Position numbers and translations under genes: made by a program
Origin: Breznakia sp. PF5-3
GTDB lineage: Bacteria; Bacillota_I; Bacilli_A; Erysipelotrichales; Erysipelotrichaceae
DNA: 32,000 nucleotides
Assembly: GCF_029504745.1 (NCBI RefSeq)
Contig: NZ_JAQFIQ010000023.1
Span: forward strand, 1 to 32,000
Reading direction: 5' to 3'
Notes under the pieces: model-generated
Database searches by the model: none
What the model was told of the DNA's origin: nothing
The model's input: the letters and a program-made list of their open reading frames with translations, nothing else
Shown: piece after piece, positions 30,845 through 32,000 of the stretch
Layout: every line of letters starts with the position of its first letter
Position numbering within the stretch: the first letter of the stretch is position 1

Positions 30845-31701
30845 TGAAATATAAAGTAGCTTTAAAAGAAGCACAGAAAAAATGTATGGAAGCAGGTATT
30901 GGTGAGCAGGCACCATTCTTTCTGTTACTGGAGCTATCGAATAAAGAAGCACATAATCTATATATGGAATATGAAGAAGAGATGGAAGATTGTTTGCTTC
31001 AAGAGTATCTACAGAAAGTAGAACGTTTATTAACACATGAACCATTAGATCACATTTTAGGATACAGTTATTTTTATGGATATCAATTTTTAGTAAATGA
31101 AGATGTATTGATTCCCCGCCCCGAAACGGAGGAGTTGGTTGCGCATATTCTAAGTGCTTATGACGATTACTTTCCTAACGAAGAAGTACAAGTTATCGAT
31201 GTAGGGACAGGAAGTGGAGCAATTGCAATTGCTTTAAAATTAGAAGAGAAGAAACTTCAGGTAGCAGCAAGTGATATTAGTGTAGAAGCTGTTGAGATGG
31301 CAAAAAAGAATGCTGATAAGCTAGATGCCAATGTGGCTTTTATGGTAGGAAATATGTTAGATCCTTTTATTGAACAGGGATTAAAAACGGATATCTTAAT
31401 AAGCAATCCTCCATATATTCCCAAAGCTGAAGTTATGGAAGAAAGTGTTGTTAATTTTGAACCACATGTTGCATTGTTTGGTGGTGATGATGGTTTAAAA
31501 TTCTATCATGAAATCTTTAAGAATGCACATAAAGTATTAAAAGAAAAAAGCTTTTTAGCGTTTGAAATAGGGTATGATCAAAAAGTTGCCTTGAAAGCTT
31601 TAGCAAAAGAATATTTTGTAGATGCAAAGATTGAAGTATATCAAGATATAAATGGAAAAGATCGGATGTTATTCATCTATAATAATATAAAGATACAATA
31701 A
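30844..31701 (+). CDS. prmC: Release-factor glutamine N5-methyltransferase
   Basis: Overlaps the prfA stop by 1 nt. SAM motif VIDVGTGSGAIA and NPPY (ISNPPYI). Confidence 0.92.
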   Translation: MKYKVALKEAQKKCMEAGIGEQAPFFLLLELSNKEAHNLYMEYEEEMEDCLLQEYLQKVERLLTHEPLDHILGYSYFYGYQFLVNEDVLIPRPETEELVAHILSAYDDYFPNEEVQVIDVGTGSGAIAIALKLEEKKLQVAASDISVEAVEMAKKNADKLDANVAFMVGNMLDPFIEQGLKTDILISNPPYIPKAEVMEESVVNFEPHVALFGGDDGLKFYHEIFKNAHKVLKEKSFLAFEIGYDQKVALKALAKEYFVDAKIEVYQDINGKDRMLFIYNNIKIQ

Positions 31702-31713
31702 GTGAGGTAATCA

Positions 31714-32000
31714 TATGAAAAAACTAATATTTGGGTGTAGCTTACTTTTGCTCTTGGTAGCTTGTGGAAGTGAATCAGACTATTATGTATGTAAATATAA
31801 TGATAGAGAGACTAAAGCTACTATGAATATTGAGTATAATGATGATAATGAAATTACCAATATTACAATTGAAAGTAAACAAGAAATAGATAAAGCTACA
31901 TTAGATGAAGTTGGTGAGAATAACTTTAATGATTACTGGGCTAAAAATGCATCTTCTATTGAACGAGATGGTGTGGATGTTGAATCTGATTATGATGAAT
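31714..32000 (+). CDS. Lipoprotein, 5' partial at the window edge (possibly YehR/DUF1307-like)
   Basis: Not in the ORF track because no stop falls in the window. GTGAGGT RBS, ATG 31714, MKKLIFGCSLLLLLVACGS with lipobox LVAC. Open to position 32000. Confidence 0.7.

Overview
This is a low-GC Bacillota-type chromosomal window. The taxon cannot be fixed from sequence alone; the gene content and A/T-rich codon usage suggest a gut Firmicute, possibly Erysipelotrichia-like. Most of it is ordinary housekeeping DNA on the + strand. In order it encodes a GH1 6-phospho-beta-glucosidase-like gene, envelope genes (O-antigen-ligase-like, DUF1146, mreB, WecA/TagO-type transferase) and the Bacillus-like syntenic block tilS-hpt-ftsH-hslO-dusB-lysS. 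The lysS gene is preceded by a clear T-box leader. Further downstream are an opine-dehydrogenase-family gene, a LysR regulator, purA, mscL, an NlpC/P60 hydrolase, murA, rpmE, an AIM24/TIGR00266 gene, prfA and prmC, plus several lipoproteins. I saw no rRNA, tRNA, CRISPR array, transposase or integrase. The stand-out region is a three-gene accessory insertion directly after lysS (about 16.1-20.8 kb). Its genes are (1) a RhuM-N-terminal / Doc-type Fic protein, (2) a WGR-domain protein with a large unrecognisable C-terminal region, and (3) a WGR-less paralog of gene 2. Each has its own promoter-like signal, terminators bound the block, and there is no antitoxin-sized partner. I flag it as a candidate uncharacterised conflict/defence locus; this is inference, not proof. 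Secondary points include a GH1 enzyme whose acid/base Glu is Gln (myrosinase-like NQ motif). There is also an orphan MazF/PemK-like protein with a 70-aa N-terminal extension and a perfect palindrome in its promoter region. tilS looks leaderless, and several unexplained hairpins and palindromes lie in intergenic DNA.
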